Counted from the first letter of the stretch, positions 50,221 through 61,545 are shown. The stretch: DNA of 64,000 nt from Candidatus Omnitrophota bacterium (GCA_050250375.1 JBFWOS010000001.1:1022361-1086360), one strand, 5' to 3'. Notes: generated from the sequence alone by a model not told the origin. Translations and numbers: made by a program.

Positions 50221-50808
50221 TTAGAATAAACCCTTCTTGATCACCATTGAATCTTTTGTTTTTTCAAAGTCTGCCCTGTATTTATCAAAACTGGACCTTA
50301 ACGCTGTATAAGAAATTTTATAAAACATGTTTCCTTCCGTGATCATATAAAACTCGAAACTGACCGCATTGTCTTCCGGTCGGCTTTCATAAAAAATCCA
50401 TTTTGCGAGGACATCATCAATCTTGATTTCCCCCTTGTCAATAAGCTTATTGCCATACTCTATGATTGAGGCCACAATTTTTCCCCATTCATCCTCAATC
50501 CAGGCACTGGCTGAAAGCTTCAGCGAGGTAATACTTATACTAGCTGCAAAAGCCCCGGTTTCGTAATCGACTTCTTCGGTAACATAAGTCACTGTTTTAG
50601 CCGCCGTCTTGTCTTCAACGGAAAATTTCTTCTTTTTCTTCTTCTGCGGGTTAACGTCTTCGTAATCATTCCACCCCACTGGAAACATGATAGTATAACC
50701 AGGCCCTCGGTAAACATCCGATCCGCGGGTAAACCATAATTTAAGGCCATACGATACAAATAGTATGGCTACAATAATACGCATTATTTTTGCTGCTTCA
50801 TCATCCAT
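50221..50808 (-). CDS. Hypothetical membrane-anchored protein (PsbP/DcrB-like fold possible)
   Basis: N-terminal TM; YTIMFPVGW and YKISYTA...FDKY...FEK..DS patterns. Confidence 0.55.
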   Translation of the reverse strand: MDDEAAKIMRIIVAILFVSYGLKLWFTRGSDVYRGPGYTIMFPVGWNDYEDVNPQKKKKKKFSVEDKTAAKTVTYVTEEVDYETGAFAASISITSLKLSASAWIEDEWGKIVASIIEYGNKLIDKGEIKIDDVLAKWIFYESRPEDNAVSFEFYMITEGNMFYKISYTALRSSFDKYRADFEKTKDSMVIKKGLF

Positions 50809-50811
50809 AAT

Positions 50812-51519
50812 TTATTCCCTACTTTTTTGTCGTTTGAATTTTTGTCTTCCAGCTAAAATGGATATGACCATAACGATCAACATATATACCAAAGTATACC
50901 GGGCGAAAAACGTGTTCTCCAAAAAATAATTGACTGACGCGTTGAAATCTTTCGCAAACGTTATGCCTAAATCAGATAAAATATATTGCTGCCAGTAAAT
51001 CCGCGGTAGATTGGCCAATGCGGCCGGGACAACATACCGGCGAAACGAAATATTTGTTAGTCCATACCCCAGATCGGTAAATCGTCCCGGGATAAATGGA
51101 TTGATCTTCCAGGCCACAACACCCAAGACGGAATGGTCCTGCCCCACCTGATCCAGTTTCTCCGGATTTATTTTCGTGCGTCGTTCCACATAATCCCTGC
51201 CCAAAAAACGGCTCAGGTGGAACATCACGAACGAATTTAGGATCTCACCAATCCAGATAAATAAAGTACTCGTATTAGCGCCGAAGAGAATCGCCGCCGC
51301 AATCCTTAGAACATCATGCGGACCGAACCAGATAAGGCTTGTCAGCCCGACATAAGAAACGATAAATATCAAACCGGATGCAGCCAGCGGATATTCAGAG
51401 AACTTCTGCCGGATCTGTTCGACATCCAGATTAAAACGCCGCCCCAAATACCAGAAAAAAATAAATAATATTATGAATATTATAAATTTAACTAAGGAAC
51501 GGATTTTAGACTGATGCAT
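50812..51519 (-). CDS. TVP38/TMEM64 (VTT/DedA-like) membrane protein
   Basis: AAILFG, F.LSRFLGR, KINPFIP...GLT.ISF..Y. Confidence 0.8.
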   Translation of the reverse strand: MHQSKIRSLVKFIIFIILFIFFWYLGRRFNLDVEQIRQKFSEYPLAASGLIFIVSYVGLTSLIWFGPHDVLRIAAAILFGANTSTLFIWIGEILNSFVMFHLSRFLGRDYVERRTKINPEKLDQVGQDHSVLGVVAWKINPFIPGRFTDLGYGLTNISFRRYVVPAALANLPRIYWQQYILSDLGITFAKDFNASVNYFLENTFFARYTLVYMLIVMVISILAGRQKFKRQKSRE

Positions 51520-51601
51520 TCATTAATTCTACTATAATTGCAAAAGAGGGAACAGCGGCAAATAGACTATTTCCATATTTGCAGCGTTCCCTCATTAAAA
51601 A

Positions 51602-52564
51602 CTAACTGCGGTATTCCGCAAAAAGATCCGTACTTAAATACCGTTCCCCGGTGCTGGGGATAATCGCGACAATGATCTTGCCTTTATTTTCCGGACGGCG
51701 GGCCACCTGAAGCGCGGCGTAAATAGCCGCTCCGGATGAAATCCCGCAAAGAATCCCTTCTTCACGGATAGCCCGTTTCGCGTATTCAAAGGCCTCTTCA
51801 TTATCGACCTGAATGATTTCATCAATAATTTTTGTGTTAAGAATGCCGGGAACAAACCCTGCCCCGAGCCCCTGTATTTTATGGGGCCCGGGTTTTCCTC
51901 CAGACAAGACCGGTGAGCCTTTGGGTTCAACGGCAATCGTCTTAAATCCGGGTTTCTTTTTCTTGATGACTTCCGACACCCCGGTTATCGTCCCGCCCGT
52001 TCCGATCCCGGAAATCAGAAAATCCACCTTGCCGTTTGTGTCTTTCCATATTTCCTCGGCGGTTGTATTTCGATGAATTTCAGGGTTAGCCGGATTTTCA
52101 AATTGCTGGGGAATAAAATAACTGCTGTCACTCTCAGCCAGTTCCTTAGCCTTATTGATCGCTCCGCGCATGCCTTCTGCCCCGGGAGTCAAAATCAAAT
52201 TTGCCCCGAACGCTTTTAAAAGCGCCCGGCGTTCCATACTCATCGTTTCCGGCATCGTCAAGGTGCACTTATACCCTTTGACCGCGGCCACGAAAGCCAG
52301 GGCTATCCCGGTGTTGCCGGATGTCGGTTCAAGGATAACCGTTTTATTTTTATTGATCTTCCCCTGTTTTTCAGCCGCTTCAATCATGGCTAAACCGATC
52401 CGGTCTTTAACAGATCCCAGCGGATTAAAAAATTCCAATTTAAGAAGGATTTCCGCGTGGCAGCCTTCACTCAATTTATTAAGCCTGACCAGGGGGGTTT
52501 TTCCGATTAATTCTGTGATGTCATTGGCGACATTCATGGTTGAGTCAATGACTGATGAACTCAT
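51602..52564 (-). CDS. cysK: Cysteine synthase A
   Basis: [39 protein letters not shown]. Confidence 0.96.
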   Translation of the reverse strand: MSSSVIDSTMNVANDITELIGKTPLVRLNKLSEGCHAEILLKLEFFNPLGSVKDRIGLAMIEAAEKQGKINKNKTVILEPTSGNTGIALAFVAAVKGYKCTLTMPETMSMERRALLKAFGANLILTPGAEGMRGAINKAKELAESDSSYFIPQQFENPANPEIHRNTTAEEIWKDTNGKVDFLISGIGTGGTITGVSEVIKKKKPGFKTIAVEPKGSPVLSGGKPGPHKIQGLGAGFVPGILNTKIIDEIIQVDNEEAFEYAKRAIREEGILCGISSGAAIYAALQVARRPENKGKIIVAIIPSTGERYLSTDLFAEYRS

Positions 52565-52713
52565 AATGAATCCTCCATGGGGTGATTGGATGGTTGAACT
52601 AAAATTTATTGAGATTGTTGTTCTTATAAAAAAACAAAATATGCCTGAGAAAAACCGATTATATCACCGGGACAAAGAAACTGTCAATCAATATAAAAAC
52701 TAGGACAGGAGTT

Positions 52714-54603
52714 TTAACCGGATTGGACCGAATTGGCCTGATGGAATTTCTTCAGATAGACCATCAGCAGGGAAATCGCTGAGGGCGTGACCCCGGAGAT
52801 ACGGTTGGCCTGGCCAAGGTTTATGGGAGAGAACCGTTTCAGTTTCTGACGGATTTCGATGGATAACCCCTGGATATCATCATAATTGATCCCGGCCGGC
52901 ATTTTGATGTTTTCGATATGTTTGAACTTGTCCACATCCTTAAGCTGACGAAGAATAAACCCTTCATATTTGATCTCATATTCCACCTGTTCAATGACAC
53001 CCTTTTCGCAATGCTTCAGGTCGCCGTCATAGGGGGCGATGGCCTGGTAGTTTAATTCCGGACGTTTTAAAAGATCACTCAGCGTGGCCGGATAAAGCAA
53101 TGGACTGCTGTTATACTTGGCCAGGTGCGCGTTGATTTCTTTATTCGGGTAAACCCGGGTTGACCGCAGATGTTTGATTTCACGGTCTATGGTTTCATAT
53201 TTCTTCTGTACAGCCCGGTATACGTCTTCATTCAGAATGCCATACTGATAACCCAGCCGGGATAATCGGAAATCGGCGTTATCTTCCCGGACAATCAAAC
53301 GGTACTCAACCCTTGAGGTAAACATCCGGTAAGGTTCTTCCGTCCCTTTCGTCGTGAGGTCATCAATCAGGACCCCGATATAAGCCTCATCCCGGCGTAA
53401 AATAAACGGTGGTTCTTGCCGGCCGTACAAAACGGCATTGATCCCGGCCATAATGCCCTGGGCTCCGGCCTCTTCATACCCGGTCGTCCCGTTGATCTGG
53501 CCGGCCAAAAACAATCCGTTAATCTTTTTGGTTTCCAGATTTGGCTTAAGCCCCGTCGGAAGAACGACGCCGTGTTCAATGGAATACCCGGGTTTGGTCA
53601 ATACCGCTTTTTCCAGCCCTGGAATGGAGTGGACAAACTGTTCCTGAACGTCCGCCGGAAGGCCGGTGGAAATCCCGTTCGGGTAATATTCATCGGTATC
53701 CAGGCCTTCAGGTTCTAGAAAAATCTGGTGGCTGTTTTTACCTGAAAATTTATCCAGCTTGTCTTCGATCGACGGGCAATACCGCACACCGGTGGCCTTG
53801 ATCTGTCCGGAATACATCGGGGACATATGCATATTCGCTTTAATGATTTCATGCGTGCGTTCATTCGTATGCGTGATATGACAGGGTAATAATTTCTGCT
53901 CTTTGGGAATAAACGGCGTGCGAAACGAAAACGGGACCGGGACATCATCCGAATATTGCGGGGTTAATTGTGAGAAATCGATTGTTTTTCCATCAAGACG
54001 CGGGGGAGTTCCGGTCTTGAAAAAAACGACCTCCAGGCCAAGATCCGTAAAATTGTCAGCCAGCTGTGTCGAATTTGGTTCCCCCACCCGGCCGGCCGGA
54101 GTAATTTCCTTACCAATATGGATACGGCCTTTCAAGAATGTCCCGGTCGTGACAACTACACTTTGACAGTCAAAAAGCAGTCCGGCCTCCGTCTTGATCC
54201 CTTTTATTTTTCCGTTCGCTACAATTAATTCCGCGACCTTATCTTCCAGGACATCCAGATTAGTCTGATTCCTGACAACGTCCTGAATATAAAGTTTGTA
54301 TAACTTGCGGTCGGATTGACAGCGGGACGATCGGACAGCCTGGCCTTTTGAAGAGTTCAGCTGACGGAACTGAATCCCCGTCCGGTCAGCGGCCAAACCC
54401 ATTTCCCCGCCCAAGGCGTCGATTTCTTTGACCAGCTGGCCTTTTCCGACTCCGCCGATGGCGGGATTACAGCTCATCTGCCCGATGGTGTCCCAATAAA
54501 AGGTCACCATCAGGGTCTTGGCCCCCATCCGGCTGGCAGCCAGCGAGGCTTCTACTCCGGCATGACCTCCGCCAATGACTATGACATCATAAAATTGACT
54601 CAT
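52714..54603 (-). CDS. mnmG: tRNA uridine-5-carboxymethylaminomethyl modification enzyme MnmG
   Basis: GGGHAG, MSCNPAIGG, KTGTPPR, RYCPSIEDK, GQINGTTGYEEA. Confidence 0.98.
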   Translation of the reverse strand: MSQFYDVIVIGGGHAGVEASLAASRMGAKTLMVTFYWDTIGQMSCNPAIGGVGKGQLVKEIDALGGEMGLAADRTGIQFRQLNSSKGQAVRSSRCQSDRKLYKLYIQDVVRNQTNLDVLEDKVAELIVANGKIKGIKTEAGLLFDCQSVVVTTGTFLKGRIHIGKEITPAGRVGEPNSTQLADNFTDLGLEVVFFKTGTPPRLDGKTIDFSQLTPQYSDDVPVPFSFRTPFIPKEQKLLPCHITHTNERTHEIIKANMHMSPMYSGQIKATGVRYCPSIEDKLDKFSGKNSHQIFLEPEGLDTDEYYPNGISTGLPADVQEQFVHSIPGLEKAVLTKPGYSIEHGVVLPTGLKPNLETKKINGLFLAGQINGTTGYEEAGAQGIMAGINAVLYGRQEPPFILRRDEAYIGVLIDDLTTKGTEEPYRMFTSRVEYRLIVREDNADFRLSRLGYQYGILNEDVYRAVQKKYETIDREIKHLRSTRVYPNKEINAHLAKYNSSPLLYPATLSDLLKRPELNYQAIAPYDGDLKHCEKGVIEQVEYEIKYEGFILRQLKDVDKFKHIENIKMPAGINYDDIQGLSIEIRQKLKRFSPINLGQANRISGVTPSAISLLMVYLKKFHQANSVQSG

Positions 54604-54692
54604 TTTTGTGCACTTTTCCTCATTTTTAATATTGCAAATATGTTATAAGATACCCGCAAACAGCTGAATTGTCAACTTCAATCAAGGCCGGG

Positions 54693-55709
54693 TCAATTGG
54701 ATTTATCTGGGCGGGGTGGACAACAGGTTTCCCGGACTACCAGTTCAGGGGCCAGGGTTTTTTTGGTTTTGACGTCTGTCTTTTTGACTATTATATTCAA
54801 TAAAGCCTTAACAGCCTCTTCGGCCATCTGAAATAACGGCTGGCGTATAGTCGTTAAAGCAACCGGACCGAACAAACAGGCCGGGTTATCATCAAAGCCG
54901 ATCACGGAAATATCCTCAGGGATCCTCAGACCTTTTTCAAGAAATACGGCAATGGCTTCAAGGGCCATATCATCACTGGCCGCAAATATGGCCGTCGGAC
55001 GGTCCTCCATTTTTAGAAAATCTTCCGCCGCCAGCCGTGCGCTCCGTCTCGAATAATCCCCTTCGATGATATAATGCGCGGGCAAACCACCGTTTTTGCT
55101 TTCCAAATATTCTTTAAATCCCTCCAGCCTGTGCTGTCCGGCCTGGGTGGTTAATTTTCCCGAAATGGTGGCTATTCGTTTATGTCCGAAACCGGTTAAA
55201 TAGTCCGCCACGATCTGGCCGCCGAGCCTGTTATTAACGGCAATATAATTCACATCAATATCATGAACCTCATTATTAATGATCATGGCCGGTGTTCCCA
55301 TGGTCAGCGCGGATTCAACCTGTTTGCGGTTTTCAATAATATCCGCAAAAATGATCCCGTCCACGTTATTAGTATTAATCGGATTGTTTCCGTCGGTGAT
55401 GTGAAAAACCATATCCATCCTGGCCGATTCACAGGCATGGCCGATCCCGCGGATCAGTTCGACGGCGTAAAAGGAATGGAAAATCCCGGGGTATCCGGGG
55501 ATGACAAGACCGATGGCGTTATTGTGGCCGCGGGCCAGCCGCTGGGCGCTGACATTCGGCCTGTATTTTAAAGCGGCGACGGCCTCTTCGACCCTCGCCC
55601 GGTTTTTATCAGAAACGGTCGATATGTTGTTGATGACCCGGGAGACGGTGGTAATGGAGACTTTAGCCCTTTTGGCGACGTCATTGATGCTGATTTTTTT
55701 CTTGGCCAT
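54693..55709 (-). CDS. LacI family transcriptional regulator
   Basis: SINDVAKRAKVSITTVSRVIN...YRPN; IPEDISVIGFDD; LTTIRQP. Confidence 0.95.
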   Translation of the reverse strand: MAKKKISINDVAKRAKVSITTVSRVINNISTVSDKNRARVEEAVAALKYRPNVSAQRLARGHNNAIGLVIPGYPGIFHSFYAVELIRGIGHACESARMDMVFHITDGNNPINTNNVDGIIFADIIENRKQVESALTMGTPAMIINNEVHDIDVNYIAVNNRLGGQIVADYLTGFGHKRIATISGKLTTQAGQHRLEGFKEYLESKNGGLPAHYIIEGDYSRRSARLAAEDFLKMEDRPTAIFAASDDMALEAIAVFLEKGLRIPEDISVIGFDDNPACLFGPVALTTIRQPLFQMAEEAVKALLNIIVKKTDVKTKKTLAPELVVRETCCPPRPDKSN

Positions 55710-55748
55710 ACCTTTGCCGAAAGGGACAACGTCCCATTTTAAAGATGA

Positions 55749-57095
55749 TTACCGGATTGTGTCTCCGACCCTGACTTTGGACCATTGGTCTTTGATGTCG
55801 GCGGCCGAAATATCCTTGCGAACCTGGATAATTTCCAGACGGGCGATATATTCTGAATCGCGGTAAACGCTCAAACCATCTCCCAAAGAAATACCCGATC
55901 CTTCGCCGATGTCCACGATCACAAAATTATTCTCTTCGTTAATGCTGACAATTCGGCCGTGGAATCCGGGTTCAGAAGAGCCGACATTAAATTCGATGGC
56001 CGTATTATTATTCGAACTGACCATAATGGGAGGCAATTCCACGGAACTCGGATTTTGAAAATTCTTTGAAGATTCCTTGAACGAACGGTCCAGGCTGTCT
56101 TTGATTTCCCAGATTTCATCAATTTTACTCTGGATCAGATTTTCCGCGCTGCCCAATTCACGTTCCACTTTATTTTTATCCTGAGTCAACCGGACGATTG
56201 ATTTCTGCAAAGAACTTTTAGCAGATACAAGCTGTTTCATCTCTCCGCGCAGATTGCTGTTTTCTTCCTGGATCTTGGCCATCCGGTCTGCGATAAATTT
56301 TTTATCATTTTTAGTTCTGGCCAATTCCAGCGAAAGGTTATTGATCATATTGCTTTTATATTTAATTTCCTGGGCAAGGTCATCACTTTGAGCCCTTAAG
56401 ACATCCAATTCTAACTTCATCCCGTCGTTAAATTGTTTAAGTTCTACGATCTCAATAGAACTTTTGGCCAGCGTCTCTTCCATCTGCTGGATCTTGACTT
56501 CAAGAGCGGCCTTTTCTTTCAATATGGAAGCCCAATACATTTCATCGCTCGCCGGGGGGATATTCTGCTTTAAAGGATTGGGAGTAATTTCTAATACTCC
56601 GGGTATGGAGGACTTAGCTGATTTTCCATTGGCCTGCCCGTCTGCATCTTGAGAACCGGCCTCTGCGTTTTCCTTAGCCTGCGCTAACTGATATCTTTGT
56701 GATGCCGACGTGGCTTCTTCTTTTAGAGCCTTGACCTGCAAATCCAGTTGGTCACGCATCTGGGACACAGCGGCCAATTCTTCTTTCCACTTGTTCCGTT
56801 CCTTCGTAACATCGTCAACCCGCAACTGCAGCCCAATGGATTTCTTCTGCGCCATGTCCAATGTTTTTTCAAGATCATCGCGTTCTAATTTTAATTTTTC
56901 AAGATCGGCCGTTAATTGTTTGGTTTGCGCTATTTGCTTATGCATTCTTTCTTCGGAATCTTCCAATTCATTCTCGACGAGAACCTTTTCATCACTTATT
57001 TTCTGCAAACTCACCAGAACGTAACCTAAAAATCCGATCACACCGATAATAAGTACGATGAGTATTATATAGCCTAATTTTGTGGATTTAGACAT
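55749..57095 (-). CDS. Membrane-anchored long coiled-coil protein with a C-terminal beta domain
   Basis: N-terminal TM, about 300 aa heptad-rich region, C-terminal GRIVSIN...FVIVDIG...G...GD.L.VYR. Confidence 0.7.
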   Translation of the reverse strand: MSKSTKLGYIILIVLIIGVIGFLGYVLVSLQKISDEKVLVENELEDSEERMHKQIAQTKQLTADLEKLKLERDDLEKTLDMAQKKSIGLQLRVDDVTKERNKWKEELAAVSQMRDQLDLQVKALKEEATSASQRYQLAQAKENAEAGSQDADGQANGKSAKSSIPGVLEITPNPLKQNIPPASDEMYWASILKEKAALEVKIQQMEETLAKSSIEIVELKQFNDGMKLELDVLRAQSDDLAQEIKYKSNMINNLSLELARTKNDKKFIADRMAKIQEENSNLRGEMKQLVSAKSSLQKSIVRLTQDKNKVERELGSAENLIQSKIDEIWEIKDSLDRSFKESSKNFQNPSSVELPPIMVSSNNNTAIEFNVGSSEPGFHGRIVSINEENNFVIVDIGEGSGISLGDGLSVYRDSEYIARLEIIQVRKDISAADIKDQWSKVRVGDTIR

Positions 57096-57224
57096 AACTC
57101 CTCTATTGTTAATAATTTAATTATGAATATAACAAAGTATTATATTTTAAACAAGAAGAATTACCTTTTTTTTGATCTAAACTTCGATATGTTATTGCTT
57201 TATAAAAAAATATTAAAGAACGCA

Positions 57225-57263
57225 CAAAAAAAAAGAGGCAGAACAAAAATGATCTGCCTCTTT
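57225..57263 (-). terminator. Rho-independent terminator
   Basis: aaagaggcaga/tctgcctcttt stem followed by a T-run on the minus strand, downstream of 57283-57966. Confidence 0.7.
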
Positions 57264-57282
57264 AAAATGGTGTTCCCAGCGA

Positions 57283-57966
57283 CTACTCAAATTTTATTTC
57301 ATCCAGAAAAAACACACACGACTCCGGGTTGACCGCCACCTCGGTTGTCCATGCAAAACCGCCGCTGATATAGGATAAATCTTTGCCTTGAAGATCAATG
57401 GAATATTCTTTCCATTGGTCGGACAAAATGACCGGTCCGATCACAATCTTATCGGAGTCCGGATAATCGCCTTCCACTCCGCCGATCGTAAATTCCTGTA
57501 TCTGCTCCCCGCCTATTTCACCTTTGGCCCAAAAGGTCAGTCTTTTTGCTCCCGTAAGATTGTATCCTCCTTTACGGCGCCCCCAATTATTCGCCGGATT
57601 AAGCCAATACACACCCGCCCACTCCTGATTCTCTTTCGAACATTCAATATCATAAACAACTTTTATGCAGGTCTTTCCGTTCTGGCATTTTTCCTGCCAC
57701 CGGTCATTAAATGAGACGCATTTACCGTCAGGCATAAATCCGGACGGTATAAAATGATTGTTCCGTGCCCCTTTGTCGGAATACACATAAAACGACACGA
57801 ACGAAGAATCCTCGGGAGGCGTTGACGGCACAGGATCCGCCGGTTGGGTTGTCTCGGCTGATTCTGCCTGATTTTCCGTCGCTATCGAAATTTTTTGTTT
57901 TACCGGCGGCTCACCGCAAGCTGATAAAAAACATATGCATGATAGTAAAATACACCACCTTGTCAT
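57283..57966 (-). CDS. Lipoprotein with a putative carbohydrate-binding (galactose-binding-fold) domain
   Basis: Lipobox LSAC; WAGVYW, YNLTGAKRLTFWAKG, LSDQWKEYSIDL, FFLDEIKFE. Confidence 0.65.
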   Translation of the reverse strand: MTRWCILLSCICFLSACGEPPVKQKISIATENQAESAETTQPADPVPSTPPEDSSFVSFYVYSDKGARNNHFIPSGFMPDGKCVSFNDRWQEKCQNGKTCIKVVYDIECSKENQEWAGVYWLNPANNWGRRKGGYNLTGAKRLTFWAKGEIGGEQIQEFTIGGVEGDYPDSDKIVIGPVILSDQWKEYSIDLQGKDLSYISGGFAWTTEVAVNPESCVFFLDEIKFE

Positions 57967-58027
57967 TGTTGATTTTGCCTTCCTAAGAATCGTTTAATTG
58001 ATTTGAAAATGAGTTTGATGAAATGTT

Positions 58028-58062
58028 CCATCCCGGTACAACATACAATTGTACCGGGATGG
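58028..58062. repeat. 14-bp perfect stem-loop in an intergenic region
   Basis: ccatcccggtacaa-catacaa-ttgtaccgggatgg; no clear U-tract on the minus strand. Confidence 0.6.
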
Positions 58063-58099
58063 AGAAAAAATGAAAGAAGATTTTTAAAAAATAACCCGA

Positions 58100-58957
58100 T
58101 TAGCTGTTATCGAGTTCTTCCAATGCTTGTTGAGCCGCTTCAGCCGGTTTCCAGAACCAACCATTGGGATCCCAGCATTGCGCGTAATAAAAATCATCCA
58201 CCAATTTCTTATAGGCGGCACGGGCTTTCTGAGGATCTCCCGCCTTCTTATATGCTTCCCCGCGGATAAATAATGCGGTGCCTACATCATTCAACGCCCA
58301 ATAGCTGAAAATCTTGTCTTTGGATTCCCAGGCGTATTCCGTCAAGGAATTCTGCATTTCAACAGCTTTTTCCCCGTATAACTCTAAAACCTTGTCCGTA
58401 TAAATCATGACAGAGTCTTTTTCGTTGCTACTCAGAGATTTCCATGCCTGTGTGGTTAAGAATGAAGATGTGTAATCACCGAAATCAATGTTTGAACCTG
58501 TTTCAATCATCAATAACTTTTCTTTGGCCGCATCAGCCGGTTTCCAAAACCATCCTTTGGTATCCCAAGCCTGACCGTATGTATATTCATTCACAACTTT
58601 CATAAAAGCTTCTTTAGCTTCATCCTGCATGCTGGCCTGGCGGTATGCCTCACCTTGGATGAATAAAGATGTCGCCACATCATTCAAAGCCCAAAAACCG
58701 AAAATCTCATCATTAGAACCTTGAGGATAGGCCTGAAGACTTTCCTGCATTTTCTTGGCCTGTTCCCCATACAATTCAAGACATTTATTCGTATAAGCCA
58801 GCACCGCTTCAATATCACCCTCTTTCAACGCGATCCATGCCTTGGTGGTTAAAGTTTCGGACCGGAAATCCCCGAAATTATAGGCAGCTGCAAGTTTTGG
58901 GTTGATAAACCCTATCGTCGCCGCCAGAAAGGTTAATATGAACACAAACTTTTTCAT
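58100..58957 (-). CDS. Secreted protein made of two ~125-aa TPR-like repeats
   Basis: Signal peptide after a GGAGG SD; duplicated FGD...LTT.AW...WALNDV.T.LFI.GEAY...Q.WD..GWFWKPA.AA. Confidence 0.75.
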   Translation of the reverse strand: MKKFVFILTFLAATIGFINPKLAAAYNFGDFRSETLTTKAWIALKEGDIEAVLAYTNKCLELYGEQAKKMQESLQAYPQGSNDEIFGFWALNDVATSLFIQGEAYRQASMQDEAKEAFMKVVNEYTYGQAWDTKGWFWKPADAAKEKLLMIETGSNIDFGDYTSSFLTTQAWKSLSSNEKDSVMIYTDKVLELYGEKAVEMQNSLTEYAWESKDKIFSYWALNDVGTALFIRGEAYKKAGDPQKARAAYKKLVDDFYYAQCWDPNGWFWKPAEAAQQALEELDNS

Positions 58958-59202
58958 TACGTTTTCCTCCTTGGATGAATGTTTCCTTATTAGTGTGCCA
59001 AATCCTACAAACATTATATGATCTAAAGCAAACCGTATTTTACATTTTGCTCTTAAGAATATATTAGATTGTCAAATTGGAAGAACTAATATTATCTGTA
59101 GTGAAATAAGTATACTATATTTGTCTTTTATTGCCAATCAATCTAAACCAGCAATAGAGACACAATATATTGATACATAATAACTTGTAGATTTGAGAAA
59201 AA

Positions 59203-61545
59203 TTATATGCCTTTATTCCATAATTCTTTATAAAGGTAGTAACTTTTCCGGGGTTGACGCAAGAAAGGACTGTTTTGACCGTTTCCCTGCCCGACCAGTC
59301 CAAACCATTCCTCGTAATAATACCCGCCTGGAAATGGTCCGACGGTGTCAGACTTCTTATCATGACGGAAGGGTTCGTAATTTTTCCACCACTCATCCAA
59401 ATATTCAAAAGCAACTCCTCCGATCGCATTTCCAACCCCACGAGCCTGGCCGGCAGAATTTTCATAAATATCAAGCCAATTACCCCGATGATAGTCGGCT
59501 TGAGCCTTCTCGGCTTCTTCCAGCTTCATATGCCGGGCAAAGGCCGGCGCGCCGTATTCGCTGATAAATGCCGGTTTAGAATTATTGGTCGCATCTGAAA
59601 TCTGTTCCCAGTATGATCCGAATCCATAATCACCCCGATAGACGTTGGCCGCAAATATATCAATATTCGGCGTGTTTTCGGCAAAAATATCTAAAAACAG
59701 CGTGTCTCCGTTACTGATCGCAACAGGGTGATTTTTGTCAACAGACTTAATCCATTGGGCAACTTCATCCGCGAACCGGAAATAGGCGGCCGGTTTTTTG
59801 TCGGCGTTACAGGCCACTCCGTAATTGTTCTCATTTCCCAATAACCACATAAGGATATAAGGTTCATCTTTATGTTCCATAACCATCTTTTTGACCTGCT
59901 CGAGCATATTTTTCTGATGCTCTTCATTCTCGTAATCTGTCCCTTCAACCCATGTTGCTCCTGAGCCAATCGCATATTTACCGAGAAAATCTCCCATGAT
60001 GACCCTGATCCCGTAATCATTATAAAGTTTTCGAAGGACTTCTTTATTCGGAGTGGTGGGAACATGGTAAAAACGGATTGTGTTGACCCCCATGTCTTTC
60101 ATGATCTTAAAATCGCCGACAACAGGTTCATTCTTATCTTGCTCATTATTCAAATTGGCATCAATATATGAATCAAACGGGCCGTCAGGAAGACCATTGC
60201 CGTTCGTATCTTCTTCCATCCAGTTTTCAAGCGTACCTTTATCCGGCGACTGTCCGACCTTTGTCGGATCATAGGTAATCCCTTTGATCATGTATGGCGC
60301 ACCCTTTACCCTTAACTGCCAGTGTCCGTTGTCATACTTGACCAGCTGCACTTCCCCTTCGCCTTTCGTCTCGACAATCTTATCAAGCTCGATCTTTTTA
60401 TCATTCCACGGAAGCAGTCCGTCAAATTTCTCCGAAATGCCTTTCTTGACAATCTTCCCCGGCCAGGTATTGATGGCGTCATTTTTGATATCATTGTCAA
60501 AACCTTTTTTGACTTCAATCTTGATCCATTTGTCTTCCAGGTTCAATTCCGGGTGAGTCCGCAGGATATGCCGAATTTTGGCGATCGCCGCTTGACCGGG
60601 ATACCATGGTGTCTGCCAATAGGTATATCCGACGGTTTTAGGATAATGGACAATAAGTGCGTGATACGACTTGAGCGCTTCATAATACATCCCGGCCTTT
60701 TCAAAAATCAATCCGACATAAAACATCCTGACACCCCATGGTTCCGGGGCGGTGAACCATTTATAATACGCCGCCTCGAGGTCCTCCGTATTAACAAAAT
60801 CCCAATGGCTTCCGTTTAGTCGGCCTTCGGCCTTCGCCTTTTTATAACCGGGATTCTTATAAATGTCACCGGTGTTCGGATAAATCCCTTCGCCCAACGC
60901 CTTCTTTAAACCGTCCACATCCGTCATCCGGTAATGATAATTTTCTGTGCCGACATTTGCGAATTTTCCGTATTTAGTATAGTTGACTATTTTTTCCGTC
61001 CCTTTGGTATGCAATACCGGAACAGTCCGCAGCACATTTGAAAAATCAAAAACTTCAACCTCTTCTTTTCCCAGCATAACGTCAATACTCTGCTGGCTCT
61101 TTTCCGCTATCGACCAATACGCGCCGGTCCTCGGGTCCCATGATTGAGCCCACTTATAATTATCAATGATCGATTGAAATTTGCTGATCGCTTCTTCCTT
61201 CTTCCCTGAATTCATTAAATACTCTGCCTGGATAAAAAGGCATGTACCAACATCATTCAACGGCTGGTATTTTTTGGCCTCTGTCATTTTCGGGAAAACA
61301 ATCAGGCCTTCCTGTAATGTCTTTGCCTGATCCTGGTAACGGTCGAGACATTGGCCGATGAGTTCGTTGACTTTCTCTTCCTTGCGCTGGCTGGATGCGG
61401 CCCAGGCTTCGTTAACAATTTTGTCAGTCACATCCACCGGATTGTCCTGAGCCTGAGCGAATGGACAAACAAGAAACAGACATAAACAAATAAGCGAAAG
61501 TTGAAAAAACTGAGATGAAAATTTGTTAGATTTTTTAAGAATCAT
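59203..61545 (-). CDS. Secreted clan GH-A (GH2-like TIM barrel) glycoside hydrolase with an N-terminal TPR-like repeat
   Basis: MGVNTIRFY, WLLGNENNY (acid/base), FISEYG (nucleophile), FEYLDEWWK, EEWFG. Confidence 0.8.
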   Translation of the reverse strand: MILKKSNKFSSQFFQLSLICLCLFLVCPFAQAQDNPVDVTDKIVNEAWAASSQRKEEKVNELIGQCLDRYQDQAKTLQEGLIVFPKMTEAKKYQPLNDVGTCLFIQAEYLMNSGKKEEAISKFQSIIDNYKWAQSWDPRTGAYWSIAEKSQQSIDVMLGKEEVEVFDFSNVLRTVPVLHTKGTEKIVNYTKYGKFANVGTENYHYRMTDVDGLKKALGEGIYPNTGDIYKNPGYKKAKAEGRLNGSHWDFVNTEDLEAAYYKWFTAPEPWGVRMFYVGLIFEKAGMYYEALKSYHALIVHYPKTVGYTYWQTPWYPGQAAIAKIRHILRTHPELNLEDKWIKIEVKKGFDNDIKNDAINTWPGKIVKKGISEKFDGLLPWNDKKIELDKIVETKGEGEVQLVKYDNGHWQLRVKGAPYMIKGITYDPTKVGQSPDKGTLENWMEEDTNGNGLPDGPFDSYIDANLNNEQDKNEPVVGDFKIMKDMGVNTIRFYHVPTTPNKEVLRKLYNDYGIRVIMGDFLGKYAIGSGATWVEGTDYENEEHQKNMLEQVKKMVMEHKDEPYILMWLLGNENNYGVACNADKKPAAYFRFADEVAQWIKSVDKNHPVAISNGDTLFLDIFAENTPNIDIFAANVYRGDYGFGSYWEQISDATNNSKPAFISEYGAPAFARHMKLEEAEKAQADYHRGNWLDIYENSAGQARGVGNAIGGVAFEYLDEWWKNYEPFRHDKKSDTVGPFPGGYYYEEWFGLVGQGNGQNSPFLRQPRKSYYLYKELWNKGI

